Assembly: GCA_964605225.1 (NCBI GenBank)
Contig: CAZSAY010000004.1
Location: forward strand, 1 to 60,658
Reading direction: 5' to 3'
Length of the DNA stretch: 60,658 nucleotides
DNA from: an uncultured Thermodesulfobacteriota bacterium
Lineage (GTDB): Bacteria; Desulfobacterota; GWC2-55-46; JADFVP01
The translations under genes were made by a program, and so were the position numbers. Positions 38,680 through 47,585 of this stretch are shown here, piece after piece (the stretch's first letter is position 1; each line of letters starts with the position of its first letter). The notes under the pieces are model-generated. The model was not told where the DNA came from and searched no databases. It was given only the letters and a program-made list of their open reading frames with translations.

Positions 38680-39687
38680 ATGAAAAGATTTTTAGCCATC
38701 GCCATAGCGGCAACCATGGGCCTCTTTTACGTAGGCCACGCCAACGCCGCCTCTACCTTCCAGGCCGGCGCCACAGGCACCAGCGGAAAATCAGTTGGTG
38801 GACCTCTTGACACCTACACGGCAGGTATGGCCGCCAACGGCGTCGTGCAGTCCAGGCATAACCTTGGCGCCTTCAGTCATCACCTTGGCACCAGGAATGA
38901 CAACACAGCCGGCACCGTAACAGGCACGACGCAGATATGTGTGTTCTGTCATACGCCTCACCATTCCAACACCGAGACCATGCCTCTGTGGAACAGGAAT
39001 ATGCCGAACTCCTCAAGCTATATCGGTTACGGCACGACCAAGGCCGGCACCGCTATAAGCCAGCCGCAGCAGGGTTCCGTATCACTTGCCTGTCTCTCCT
39101 GTCATGATGGTGTAACCACCTTTGACAACCTTGTCAACGCGCCAGGTAAGGGCCTTGCCATGGTAGGCGTCGGTGGCGGCGCCCCCGACCAGTTCTCAAG
39201 CTGGACCTTCTATGATGACGGTACCGCTCTTATCGCCAACAAGACCCTGAGCTTTTCCGCGAGGGTAAATCTCGGCACAGACCTCACCAATGACCATCCG
39301 GTGAACGTGGATTACAGTGGCGGCAAAAAGGCCTCCCTGAGGCCGAGGGGCACAGACATCGCCACCATCAACCTCTCTGCCGGTCTTAACCAGACCACGT
39401 CATACTTTGACTATATGAAGTCCAACCTCTGGGCTGTATCCGGTTTCATCAGCAGTACCGCTACAATCGGAGACCTCCTCAGGGCTGACAGCACAACAGC
39501 TGGAGCAAAGAACAAGGTTGAGTGCGCCAGTTGCCATGACCCACACTTCAGCAACGGTAGCTATCCTGAGTACACCAGGGATTCGAACAACAAATTCACC
39601 GGCCTTAACGCAGGTGATGGCGTATTCCTGAGAAGAGTGGGCGGTAACATGGGTTCCGGCGTTTGCAGAACCTGCCACAACAAGTAA
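38680..39687 (+). CDS. omcE: OmcE-like tetraheme c-type cytochrome (paralog 2, probable major subunit)
   Basis: AAGGAG RBS, signal peptide; SRHNL, TQICVFCHTPH, PLWNR, SLACLSCHDG, NLGTDLTNDHPVN, VECASCHDPH, FLRR, CRTCHNK follow the motif order I recall for Geobacter OmcE; orthology not verified. Confidence 0.85.
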   Translation: MKRFLAIAIAATMGLFYVGHANAASTFQAGATGTSGKSVGGPLDTYTAGMAANGVVQSRHNLGAFSHHLGTRNDNTAGTVTGTTQICVFCHTPHHSNTETMPLWNRNMPNSSSYIGYGTTKAGTAISQPQQGSVSLACLSCHDGVTTFDNLVNAPGKGLAMVGVGGGAPDQFSSWTFYDDGTALIANKTLSFSARVNLGTDLTNDHPVNVDYSGGKKASLRPRGTDIATINLSAGLNQTTSYFDYMKSNLWAVSGFISSTATIGDLLRADSTTAGAKNKVECASCHDPHFSNGSYPEYTRDSNNKFTGLNAGDGVFLRRVGGNMGSGVCRTCHNK

Positions 39688-39706
39688 GTTACATATCTAC
39701 ATACAC

Positions 39707-39744
39707 AAAAAAAAGAGGGCCGATTCGCGGCCCTCTTTTTTTTT
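39707..39744 (+). terminator. Strong intrinsic terminator after the OmcE-like gene
   Basis: AAAAAAGAGGGCCG-ATTCG-CGGCCCTCTTTTTTTTT. Confidence 0.85.
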
Positions 39745-39895
39745 CTTCGTTCCCCATGGAGCGTTAAATATTGGCCGGAAGAGTACCCGTCTTTAAGCTG
39801 AGTCCCTTTTTTATATATAACCTCCATGGCATGCTACAAAATCATGGCGCCTGTCACGTTAAAATATTTTAATACCCGGATAATCCTTATTTTAG

Positions 39896-39924
39896 TTAAC
39901 AATAATAAAATAATCTTGTATAAT
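39896..39924 (+). promoter_or_regulatory. Sigma70-like promoter for the PPIase-cytochrome-FGE genes
   Basis: TTAACA - 17 nt - TATAAT in an AT-rich spacer. Confidence 0.55.
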
Positions 39925-39982
39925 AATACGCTAGGCCTTTCTTGCGTACACATAACGTGGCAACTAACATGGAGGAAATTAA

Positions 39983-41014
39983 ATGACAATGTCTTTTAAG
40001 AGGCCCGTCCTCTTTGCCGGGGTCGTCCTTATGGCGCTATTTATCGGTAACCCGGTCTTTTCCGCGGAGACCAGTCCTGATGAATTGCCGCTTATTCGTT
40101 CAATTAAAGACCCTGTAGCTCGAGTAAACGGTAAGGAGATAACAGAGGAAACCCTCCGTATAGCCGTAAACAACGTAATGCCGATGAAGAGCTTTCATAC
40201 AACTGTCTCTGACAGGCGCTTCCGCGCCATAAGAAAAGAGGCCCTTGAGAGGCTTATCAACAACAGGCTCGCCTACGACCTCGCTGTATCGAGGAAGGAG
40301 GATAAGATTACAACAAAAGAGTTTGAAGAGGGCATCAAGGTACTGAAAAAGAGGCTCCGCAGTGGTGATACCCTTGATGATGTCCTTAAGCGGAGCCATA
40401 TGACCAGGAAAGACCTCAAAGAGGACATGAAGTTCAATATTGTAGTGGCCCGGGTCCGCAGGAATGCGGAGGAGAGTCTGAAAAAAAAATCCGAGGACCT
40501 TGTCACCGAAAAGTACATGCGGCATTACTACGATACCCATCTTGATAAGTTCAAAGTGCCGGCTCAACTTCATCTGAGGGGGATTCTCATTAAAGTGGGC
40601 CCGTCCGAGAGCCAGAGGTTATGGAACAAGGCAAGAAAGAAGTTGCACGATATATCCGCAGAGGCCAGGAAAGGGGGGGATTTCGCCGCCCTTGCAAAAA
40701 AATACTCTCAGGCCGCAAGCGCCGCAAATGGCGGGGATATGGGTTGGGCACATGAGGGTAGCCTTTTACCTGACATAGAACGTACCGTGTCCGCTCTGAA
40801 AGTCGGCGAGATATCCAGGCCGGTTATGAGCATATACGGTTTTCATATATTTAAACTTGAGGGTAAGAGGCCCGCGACACAGAAAAAGTTCTCCAAACTT
40901 AACTTAAAGCGCCTGAAGTCTGAGCTTGTAGCCAAAGACTACAAGGGCCGCCTGGATGCCTGGCTAAAGAATCTTCGTAAGGGCGCAAAGGTAGAGTATC
41001 TTAGAAAAATCTAA
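39983..41014 (+). CDS. SurA/PpiC-type peptidyl-prolyl isomerase chaperone
   Basis: Signal peptide, VARVNGKEIT SurA-N-like domain, parvulin motifs GGDFAALAKKYS, GGDMGW, SIYGFHIFK. Confidence 0.9.
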   Translation: MTMSFKRPVLFAGVVLMALFIGNPVFSAETSPDELPLIRSIKDPVARVNGKEITEETLRIAVNNVMPMKSFHTTVSDRRFRAIRKEALERLINNRLAYDLAVSRKEDKITTKEFEEGIKVLKKRLRSGDTLDDVLKRSHMTRKDLKEDMKFNIVVARVRRNAEESLKKKSEDLVTEKYMRHYYDTHLDKFKVPAQLHLRGILIKVGPSESQRLWNKARKKLHDISAEARKGGDFAALAKKYSQAASAANGGDMGWAHEGSLLPDIERTVSALKVGEISRPVMSIYGFHIFKLEGKRPATQKKFSKLNLKRLKSELVAKDYKGRLDAWLKNLRKGAKVEYLRKI

Positions 41015-41025
41015 GTACGATAAAG

Positions 41026-41568
41026 GTGGTCATGAGATGTGATTTAAAGGATAGATCATGGTCTGTGCGTACCATTAAGGGCCAGGGGGTTGTACTGAGC
41101 CTGGGTATGCTTTTGTCTTTAGGGCTTTTTTCCCCACCCCATTTCGTGTTTGGCGCGGGGCAGGCCGTTACAGAGGCGAAGGACGCGCTTACGGGCAGGC
41201 GCGGCGACCCCGTGGCCGGTAAGCTAATCTACGAAAGATACTGTCATTACTGCCATGGCAGACAGGGTTACGGAGACGGCCCCGTAGGCACGGCCATTAC
41301 GCCTCATCCCGCGGATTTTGTTCATGATAGCAAGCGTATGAGAAAGTCCGATGAGAAACTCTTCAAATCCATAAGCGAGGGCGTTCAGAGGAAGATAGGC
41401 GGTGAGGCCATGGCCATGCCGCGGTGGGCGAATATCCTTGGCGAAAGAGAAAGGTGGGATGTCCTGGCGTATATCAGGGAGCTTGAGAGAAAGGGCCGCG
41501 CTCGTGAGGGGCTTGGTCCCATTGGAGACAAAGGGGCCTCTGGTCCTGCAAAGAGTACAAAGAGGTGA
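41026..41568 (+). CDS. Monoheme class I c-type cytochrome
   Basis: GKLIYERYCHYCHG..GYGDGP, HPADF, MAMPRWANIL...WDVLAYIR. Confidence 0.88.
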   Translation: MVMRCDLKDRSWSVRTIKGQGVVLSLGMLLSLGLFSPPHFVFGAGQAVTEAKDALTGRRGDPVAGKLIYERYCHYCHGRQGYGDGPVGTAITPHPADFVHDSKRMRKSDEKLFKSISEGVQRKIGGEAMAMPRWANILGERERWDVLAYIRELERKGRAREGLGPIGDKGASGPAKSTKR

Positions 41569-42611
41569 AGTTGCTTAATAGATACCATTTTTTTTTGAGC
41601 GCCCAGATCGTGGCCCTTGGGTTATTGACCGTGACAACTGCCATGGCGCTTCCTCCCGCACCCGATGATTATGACCCCGGCACAGGTGAGCCGCGTTGCA
41701 TAAAATGTCATAACAACGATAAAAAATATTCAATAGATTACTCAAGAGAGCCCTCATGCTTTTCGTGCCACGGCCCCGGTCTCAGTGAGCGGTACATCGC
41801 GGTAAACAAGAAGTATCGCCATAAAGAAGGAGATGAAGACCTTACCGTAGCGGCGGCAGAGGCGCCCCGCAAACCGGGCCTTAAGAAGGCGGCCCTGAAA
41901 AAAACCGTTAGTCCCACGGTTGCAGGAAAAAAGAATATGGTTTTTGTGCCGGCCGGGGCCTTTACCATGGGTTCCAATGACTGGTGGCCCAAGACTCAGC
42001 CCGAGCATAAAAGGTTTGTAAAGGGTTTTTATATCGATAAGTATGAGGTTACTCTCGAACGCTATGCCGCCTTCATCAAGGCTACGGGGCATAGCGCTCC
42101 CCCGAACTGGATCGAAGGCAAAATCCCTCCTGAAAAAGCCGGCCATCCAGTAACGTATGTTAGCTGGTTTGACGCCGATGCCTTTTGCAGATGGGAGGGT
42201 AAGCATCTGCCCTCTGAAGAGCAGTGGGAGAAGGCCGCCAGGGGCACCGACAAGCGTGCCTTTCCATGGGGAGAGAGGTTTTCTCGAAAAAAGGCCAATA
42301 CGCCGCAGTTCGGCTACGGCAATACCATGAAAGTAGGCAGTTTTTCCGAGGGTGTCAGCCCCTATGGCGCCTACGATATGGCGGGGAATGCCTGGGAATG
42401 GGTGGATAACTGGTTTAAGCCATATCCCGGCAACAGGCACCCCGATGAGAACTACGGGGAGAGGTTCAAGGTCCTGCGGGGAGGGTCGTGGTACGACTGC
42501 ACATACTACAAGTGCGGGATAAGCGCCCCGAGTTATAACAGGATATTTTTTAACCCTGAGACAAAAAATAACAACTTCGGGTTCAGATGCGCTACCGAAG
42601 GACAGGGGTAA
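41565..42611 (+). CDS. Diheme cytochrome c fused to an FGE-sulfatase (SUMF1/EgtB/PvdO) domain
   Basis: Signal peptide; CIKCH and CFSCH; then FTMGS, FYIDKYEVT, HPVTYVSW, LPSEEQWEKAARG, YDMAGNAWEW, RGGSWYDCTYYKC, FGFRC. Confidence 0.88.
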   Translation: MKLLNRYHFFLSAQIVALGLLTVTTAMALPPAPDDYDPGTGEPRCIKCHNNDKKYSIDYSREPSCFSCHGPGLSERYIAVNKKYRHKEGDEDLTVAAAEAPRKPGLKKAALKKTVSPTVAGKKNMVFVPAGAFTMGSNDWWPKTQPEHKRFVKGFYIDKYEVTLERYAAFIKATGHSAPPNWIEGKIPPEKAGHPVTYVSWFDADAFCRWEGKHLPSEEQWEKAARGTDKRAFPWGERFSRKKANTPQFGYGNTMKVGSFSEGVSPYGAYDMAGNAWEWVDNWFKPYPGNRHPDENYGERFKVLRGGSWYDCTYYKCGISAPSYNRIFFNPETKNNNFGFRCATEGQG

Positions 42612-42693
42612 GGTCGAATGCCATATAAAGGCGCGGGGCTATGCGCCTTTTGGGCTTCAGGATCTTCAGGCAGATGTTTTTTTAATGTAAGCA

Positions 42694-43527
42694 ATGGAGG
42701 TGGCAGTGTTTAAGGCAGGTTGGGGGGGTGCGATAAAGTATTTTGTCATGGCCCTCTTTCTAATTACGCCCGTGGCGCTTTCCGGGTGCGCGGAAAAAAA
42801 GAAAGACCTCCATGAGAATATGGTCCTTGTGCCGGGGGGCGAATTTATAATGGGTAGCAACAGGGTGGACACCGATGCCAAGGCCATGCAGTATGGATCG
42901 AGAAAACCATGGTTCGCCAATGAGTCGCCGGAGAGAAAGCTCTCTCTTAAGGCCTTTTATATTGATAAGACCGAGGTATCCATGGATGCCTACGGCAAGT
43001 TTGTCTCCGCCACAAACAGAAAACCCCCCGCAAACTGGACCGGCGGGGCGGTACCCGGGGGAAAGGGCAAGTACCCTGTGACCAATGTGAGCTGGTTTGA
43101 CGCCACGGCGTATTGCAAGTGGAAGGGAGGCAGGTTGCCGGGTGAACGGGAGTGGGAAAAGGCCGCCAGGGGCACGGATGGACGCGTCTTTCCCTGGGAA
43201 GGGGATTTTGATATTAAGAAGTTAAACACCCTTGGCGAATATGGAGGGACGACAACGGTGGGCAGGTTTCCCGAAGGTGCAAGCCCTTACGGCGTCCTTG
43301 ATATGGCGGGAAACGTACAGGAGTGGACGGCAGACTGGTATGGCCGGTATCCCGGCAATACCTATGATGACAAGGATTACGGCGAGAGGTTCAAGGTGGT
43401 AAGAGGTGGCGGCTGGGGCGGTATGGGACATTATACCATGCAGGTCTATGTTAGCGCCCCTTTCAGGAGCATAGCCCCGCCAAAGGGCGCTTATAATGAC
43501 GTTGGCTTTAGATGTATCCGAGAATAG
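42694..43527 (+). CDS. FGE-sulfatase-domain lipoprotein lacking the Cys pair
   Basis: Lipobox LSGC; FIMGS, YPVTNVSW, LPGEREWEKAARG, DMAGNVQEW, RGGGWGGMGH, VGFRC; start may be GTG 42706. Confidence 0.88.
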   Translation: MEVAVFKAGWGGAIKYFVMALFLITPVALSGCAEKKKDLHENMVLVPGGEFIMGSNRVDTDAKAMQYGSRKPWFANESPERKLSLKAFYIDKTEVSMDAYGKFVSATNRKPPANWTGGAVPGGKGKYPVTNVSWFDATAYCKWKGGRLPGEREWEKAARGTDGRVFPWEGDFDIKKLNTLGEYGGTTTVGRFPEGASPYGVLDMAGNVQEWTADWYGRYPGNTYDDKDYGERFKVVRGGGWGGMGHYTMQVYVSAPFRSIAPPKGAYNDVGFRCIRE

Positions 43528-43619
43528 GTTCATAGAGCCTCAAGTGGCGTGCGCCTTATCTCCGATTGTTGTTTTAATATCTTTCTAATGTAAATATAGA
43601 GAGAATAAAGATATGTATA

Positions 43620-43636
43620 AGGGCAAGACACTTGCA
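43620..43636 (+). promoter_or_regulatory. Sigma54-like -24/-12 element
   Basis: GGCAAGACACTTGCA: GG-N10-GC spacing, close to TGGCACGRNNNTTGCW, with an AT-rich upstream tract. Confidence 0.5.
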
Positions 43637-43677
43637 CCACTACCCACTTCCTGCATTACATAAAAAGGGTAATCGCT

Positions 43678-45633
43678 ATGAAATTCATTAAGAGGATATG
43701 CCTGGCATTGGGACTGTTGTCGGCTCTCCTCTTTTTGCCGTCCAGTGGATGGTGCGTTGATATAGACCCTTACACCTATCATACCATCATCGGAACGGTC
43801 TTTTTCGAGTACGAGCATGAGACCCGCACGGAGACGGATAGCTCAATAGCAGATAAGACCTCGAATTTCCGGCAGAACTACGGGTTGACGCTTCAGGGCT
43901 TTTTCATGGCAAGGACCCTGGCTATATACGATGGATCTTTTGATTTTGAGAGAGAGAGTACCACTAATAATTCTTCAAAACACACCAGAAATAATTTTTC
44001 CTTTGACGTAAAAACAACTCTACTGCCCTTAAGCCAGATACCTTTAACGCTTTTTGGCAGCCGGTCCTTCGGTTCATCATCTTCCACCGGGGGCTCCGTG
44101 CCTGCCGCTACCACCACCACCGTAGGCCTTGACTGGACGGGTAAATTCAGGGTACTGCCCCTGTTGCGCTTTAGTCTTGTCAGGACAGCATACAGCCTTG
44201 AAGATGACAATAGTCATGATCTTCGCATAGGATTCAGCGCGGATAAGAATTATGGCCCTACGACAAACCGCTTTAATTACGGAGGCACTTTTAGCGGTGG
44301 ATCAAGCGGGTCCACAGGAAGTACCAACACAATAGGTTTTACCAACACTACGCTATTGTCCAGCCATTCCACCTTTAACCTGGGGGTTACAGGCAATAAC
44401 AACAGTACGAACGATATCGACAATGACACCGTCGTAGGGGTTACCATGGGGCTTAACTCATACCCGAGCCGCTTTTTCAGCCAGTCGCACAACTTCTCCT
44501 ACTTCAGGAACACCTCCGATAATACGACTTTTACCGGGACAACTTATGGAGGTAGTCTGCGGTACGATCTTTCAAGGAAGATATCCACCAACCTTTCGCT
44601 CGGCATATCCAAGACCTTTACAGAGACGCCTACGAGCTCGTTGGATCTTACCACTACCAACGCCTCGGGCTCTCTCGCCTATAAGCTTACGGAGCACCTC
44701 TATACCACGCAGGTAGCGAACTTCTCTCTTACGGAGTCCAGCTCTTCGGAACAGAGCACTATCAATCTGAGCGACAGAAAGCTTGTGAGGACCACAAGTA
44801 ACCTTGTTTATAACAGGAGCTTTTCACGCTTCGGCCTAAACGCACAATACGGACTCGGATACCTCTGGGATACGGATATCAATCTTGATTCGCCGGATAA
44901 CGGCGGGCAGGCTATAACCCATAACGGAGGCTTAAGCTTAAACAGGATAGATATCACCAGGTTCTTTTTCTTTGACACAAGTGTTCATTTCAGCGGCGTA
45001 CTGAAGACTACCGCCGGCACGGTTAATGACCAGAGTAGAAGTTTCAGTGCGCATTTTAATAATAGATTCTGGCAAAGATATATTGGTATTAGCGGTGGCT
45101 TTACGAAAAGCAATTCCAAGGAGGCAGTGCAATCCCTTGAGGACAAGAGTGAGGTAACAGAGATCCATATAACATCAAATCCCATTAAAGGCTCAAGTAT
45201 TGCTTTGAGCGCACAGCGCACAGTGTTTTTCAACGACCTCTCCGGGTTTAGCCATACAAACTCAGGGAATTTGTCGGGAAGCTATGGACATGGGTTACTG
45301 GGAGGCGCCTTGACTGGCCATGTTACCTACAGCATATTAGACAGGACATTCTCGGGAGGTTCTGATGTAACGCGAAACACACACTACACACTGGACTACC
45401 AGAGGAGTCTGCTACGGCGTGTGATGTGGAAGTTCAAAGCCAGTAGATTTGAAAGGAGGACAGGGGATGTTTTCACTAACAACACAATATTTGCAAATAC
45501 GGCCTTTTACCGGCTGAGGGCCTGGTCTCTATCCCTGACGCATAGCTACTCCATCACGCAGGAGAGCACAAGGGACGAAAGGGATAACAGGATATTTTTC
45601 AGGATCGGGCGTATATTCGCAAGGTTCTACTGA
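43678..45633 (+). CDS. Large outer-membrane beta-barrel (porin-like)
   Basis: Signal peptide; Ser/Thr/Asn/Gly-rich with alternating hydrophobic/aromatic pattern throughout; aromatic C-terminus (RIFARFY); no TM helices. Confidence 0.7.
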   Translation: MKFIKRICLALGLLSALLFLPSSGWCVDIDPYTYHTIIGTVFFEYEHETRTETDSSIADKTSNFRQNYGLTLQGFFMARTLAIYDGSFDFERESTTNNSSKHTRNNFSFDVKTTLLPLSQIPLTLFGSRSFGSSSSTGGSVPAATTTTVGLDWTGKFRVLPLLRFSLVRTAYSLEDDNSHDLRIGFSADKNYGPTTNRFNYGGTFSGGSSGSTGSTNTIGFTNTTLLSSHSTFNLGVTGNNNSTNDIDNDTVVGVTMGLNSYPSRFFSQSHNFSYFRNTSDNTTFTGTTYGGSLRYDLSRKISTNLSLGISKTFTETPTSSLDLTTTNASGSLAYKLTEHLYTTQVANFSLTESSSSEQSTINLSDRKLVRTTSNLVYNRSFSRFGLNAQYGLGYLWDTDINLDSPDNGGQAITHNGGLSLNRIDITRFFFFDTSVHFSGVLKTTAGTVNDQSRSFSAHFNNRFWQRYIGISGGFTKSNSKEAVQSLEDKSEVTEIHITSNPIKGSSIALSAQRTVFFNDLSGFSHTNSGNLSGSYGHGLLGGALTGHVTYSILDRTFSGGSDVTRNTHYTLDYQRSLLRRVMWKFKASRFERRTGDVFTNNTIFANTAFYRLRAWSLSLTHSYSITQESTRDERDNRIFFRIGRIFARFY

Positions 45634-46433
45634 TGGTGGACGATAGAAACGCTCTTCCATTTATACTTGTATTCGGCCTCCTTATTACTGCCTTTGGCAT
45701 AGCCTCTTTTCATCGCAACCGCATCTGGCTCTCTCCCCTTTCTCTCTGGTCCGACTCGACCCAAAAAAGTCCCGGAAAGGCGAGACCTCATTACAACTAC
45801 GCTGTGACCCTGGCCGGAAGTGGAGACCTTGAGGCCGCGCTCAGGGAGAATCTGCGCGCCCTTGAGATAAATCCGCTACTCGCCAAGGCGTATTTTAACG
45901 TAGGGGCCATATACCAGAATAATGGTGATACTCGTGGGGGCATAAGGCAATACCGGATAGCCCTGGCCTTGCGTCCGGACCTTTCCCTTGCCCACAATAA
46001 TCTCGGTGTTGCCTATCGTACGCTGGGACGCCTTGACGAGGCGAAGAGGGAGTATGACGATGCCATAAGGCTGGATTCGAATTATGCGAGAGCCTACATT
46101 AACAGGGCGGATCTGATGATGGAGCTTGGCTCGCCGGAGATGGCCGCGGCCGATTACCGCAGCGCCATAGCCTCCGGCGGAGGCCACGCAGGGGTATACT
46201 ACAGGCTTGCCATGGCCTTTAACGCCCTTAATCGCCGGGACCGGGCCTTTAACGCCTTATTAATGGCGATAAGGATGGATCCGGGGCTTTCTGAGGGATA
46301 TTATGAGCTGGGACTCATACTGGAAGCAAGGGGAAAGCCTGGAGAGGCCTCAAGGTATTACCGGGAGGCTTTAAGGCTTGACCCGGCGGGAGACAAGGCA
46401 AGGCAAAGGCTGAAGCAATTGTATGGCAGATAA
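45633..46433 (+). CDS. Membrane-anchored TPR protein
   Basis: One N-terminal TM, RNRIW..PLSLWSD..QKSP, ~6 TPRs; ATG overlaps the barrel stop (TGATG). Confidence 0.88.
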   Translation: MVDDRNALPFILVFGLLITAFGIASFHRNRIWLSPLSLWSDSTQKSPGKARPHYNYAVTLAGSGDLEAALRENLRALEINPLLAKAYFNVGAIYQNNGDTRGGIRQYRIALALRPDLSLAHNNLGVAYRTLGRLDEAKREYDDAIRLDSNYARAYINRADLMMELGSPEMAAADYRSAIASGGGHAGVYYRLAMAFNALNRRDRAFNALLMAIRMDPGLSEGYYELGLILEARGKPGEASRYYREALRLDPAGDKARQRLKQLYGR

Positions 46434-46503
46434 GTGATGCTGATGATGAGGCCCCTAGGGAGCCTCTTTCAGCGCATGGTTTTTCCGGTTCTCTAAACGG
46501 CGG

Positions 46504-47304
46504 TCAAAGCGTCCTTTTGATACTGTGCAGGGTCTTTTGAGCTTCAAGCCTGATGGCCTCGGAGCTATCATCGGCAAAGGCAACGATAAAAGCTTCATAT
46601 TTCATGGCCTCTTTCCTGAACAGGGCCGCTACCTTAAGTAGCTCCACCACAAGGGGTATGTCCCTATTGTCTCCGGCACGCATCAGCGCATCCATGACCG
46701 CCGGCATATGCTCCACTTTTATCTCTTCCTCTATCCCGGCTATGGCCTCTGCCGCGGAAAAAACAGGGCCGGGCATCTCTGTATGAAGGATGGCAAATAG
46801 CGTGGCCATGCCGCTATCTCCCGTGGCGGCGAGGCCCTGGGCAGAGGTGGCGCGGTAGAAAGGCTCTTCATGAGAGAGGATATGTTTTTTCAGTATATTA
46901 AGGCCATCCTCGCCGTAATCCTCGGCAAGGGCCACGGCCGCGCTTCTTCTTACATGATAGGTACAGTTGTCCAGATTTTTTATTAGTGCGCGTTTTGCCC
47001 CGTCTGTCCTTAGCCGCGCGAGCTCCGAGGCGGCCATGGAGGATACATCTTCATTCTGGCTCTCAATGCTCTCGGCAATGATATTAAAAAGGGCCTTATT
47101 TCTCGCAAGCGCTATGGTGTGGAGCATGGTTTTTTGAAAGATATTACGGGGCGGATTTTCAATAAGGAATGAGAGGGAGTTTATGGTCTCTTCTCTGTTC
47201 TCCTTTACGAGATGATTGATGAGTATGGCGCCTTCTTCCCGTGAGACTGTACCGGCGATTATCTTGGAGAACATGATTGTTAGTTTGTCTATAAATGGGT
47301 TCAT
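46504..47304 (-). CDS. HEAT-repeat protein
   Basis: Helical repeats such as VSSMAASELARL, VRRSAAVALAE, RATSAQGLAA. Confidence 0.75.
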   Translation of the reverse strand: MNPFIDKLTIMFSKIIAGTVSREEGAILINHLVKENREETINSLSFLIENPPRNIFQKTMLHTIALARNKALFNIIAESIESQNEDVSSMAASELARLRTDGAKRALIKNLDNCTYHVRRSAAVALAEDYGEDGLNILKKHILSHEEPFYRATSAQGLAATGDSGMATLFAILHTEMPGPVFSAAEAIAGIEEEIKVEHMPAVMDALMRAGDNRDIPLVVELLKVAALFRKEAMKYEAFIVAFADDSSEAIRLEAQKTLHSIKRTL

Positions 47305-47585
47305 GCCGTCCTATCCACTATGAGAGTTTTCTATGAAAATCAGGCCGGAGAAGGCGCGACCAGACCAGCTATGAGCGTAGGCCGGGTCTTGCTTGAGTCG
47401 CCTGTAGTATATTATTATATGGCTAAGAAGGCCGCTCTGGTAGCGCCCTTACATTAAGTTTTTTATTATACCCGTTAGGTTGCTATCAATCAAATCTTTT
47501 TAAGGCCTCTTTCTTCGTCCCCCCGGGGGGGGCCGCGGTGTATACGTGGGGGCCGGTGTTTTTAATGAAAAAAGGGCGCCGCGGC

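Noticed and set aside
34681-46433. MtrAB/PioAB, Cyc2 or OmcS/OmcZ assignment
   Set aside because: No decaheme MtrA-type protein, no fused monoheme-porin, and no hexa- or octaheme; heme counts and motifs fit OmcE and c7 types.
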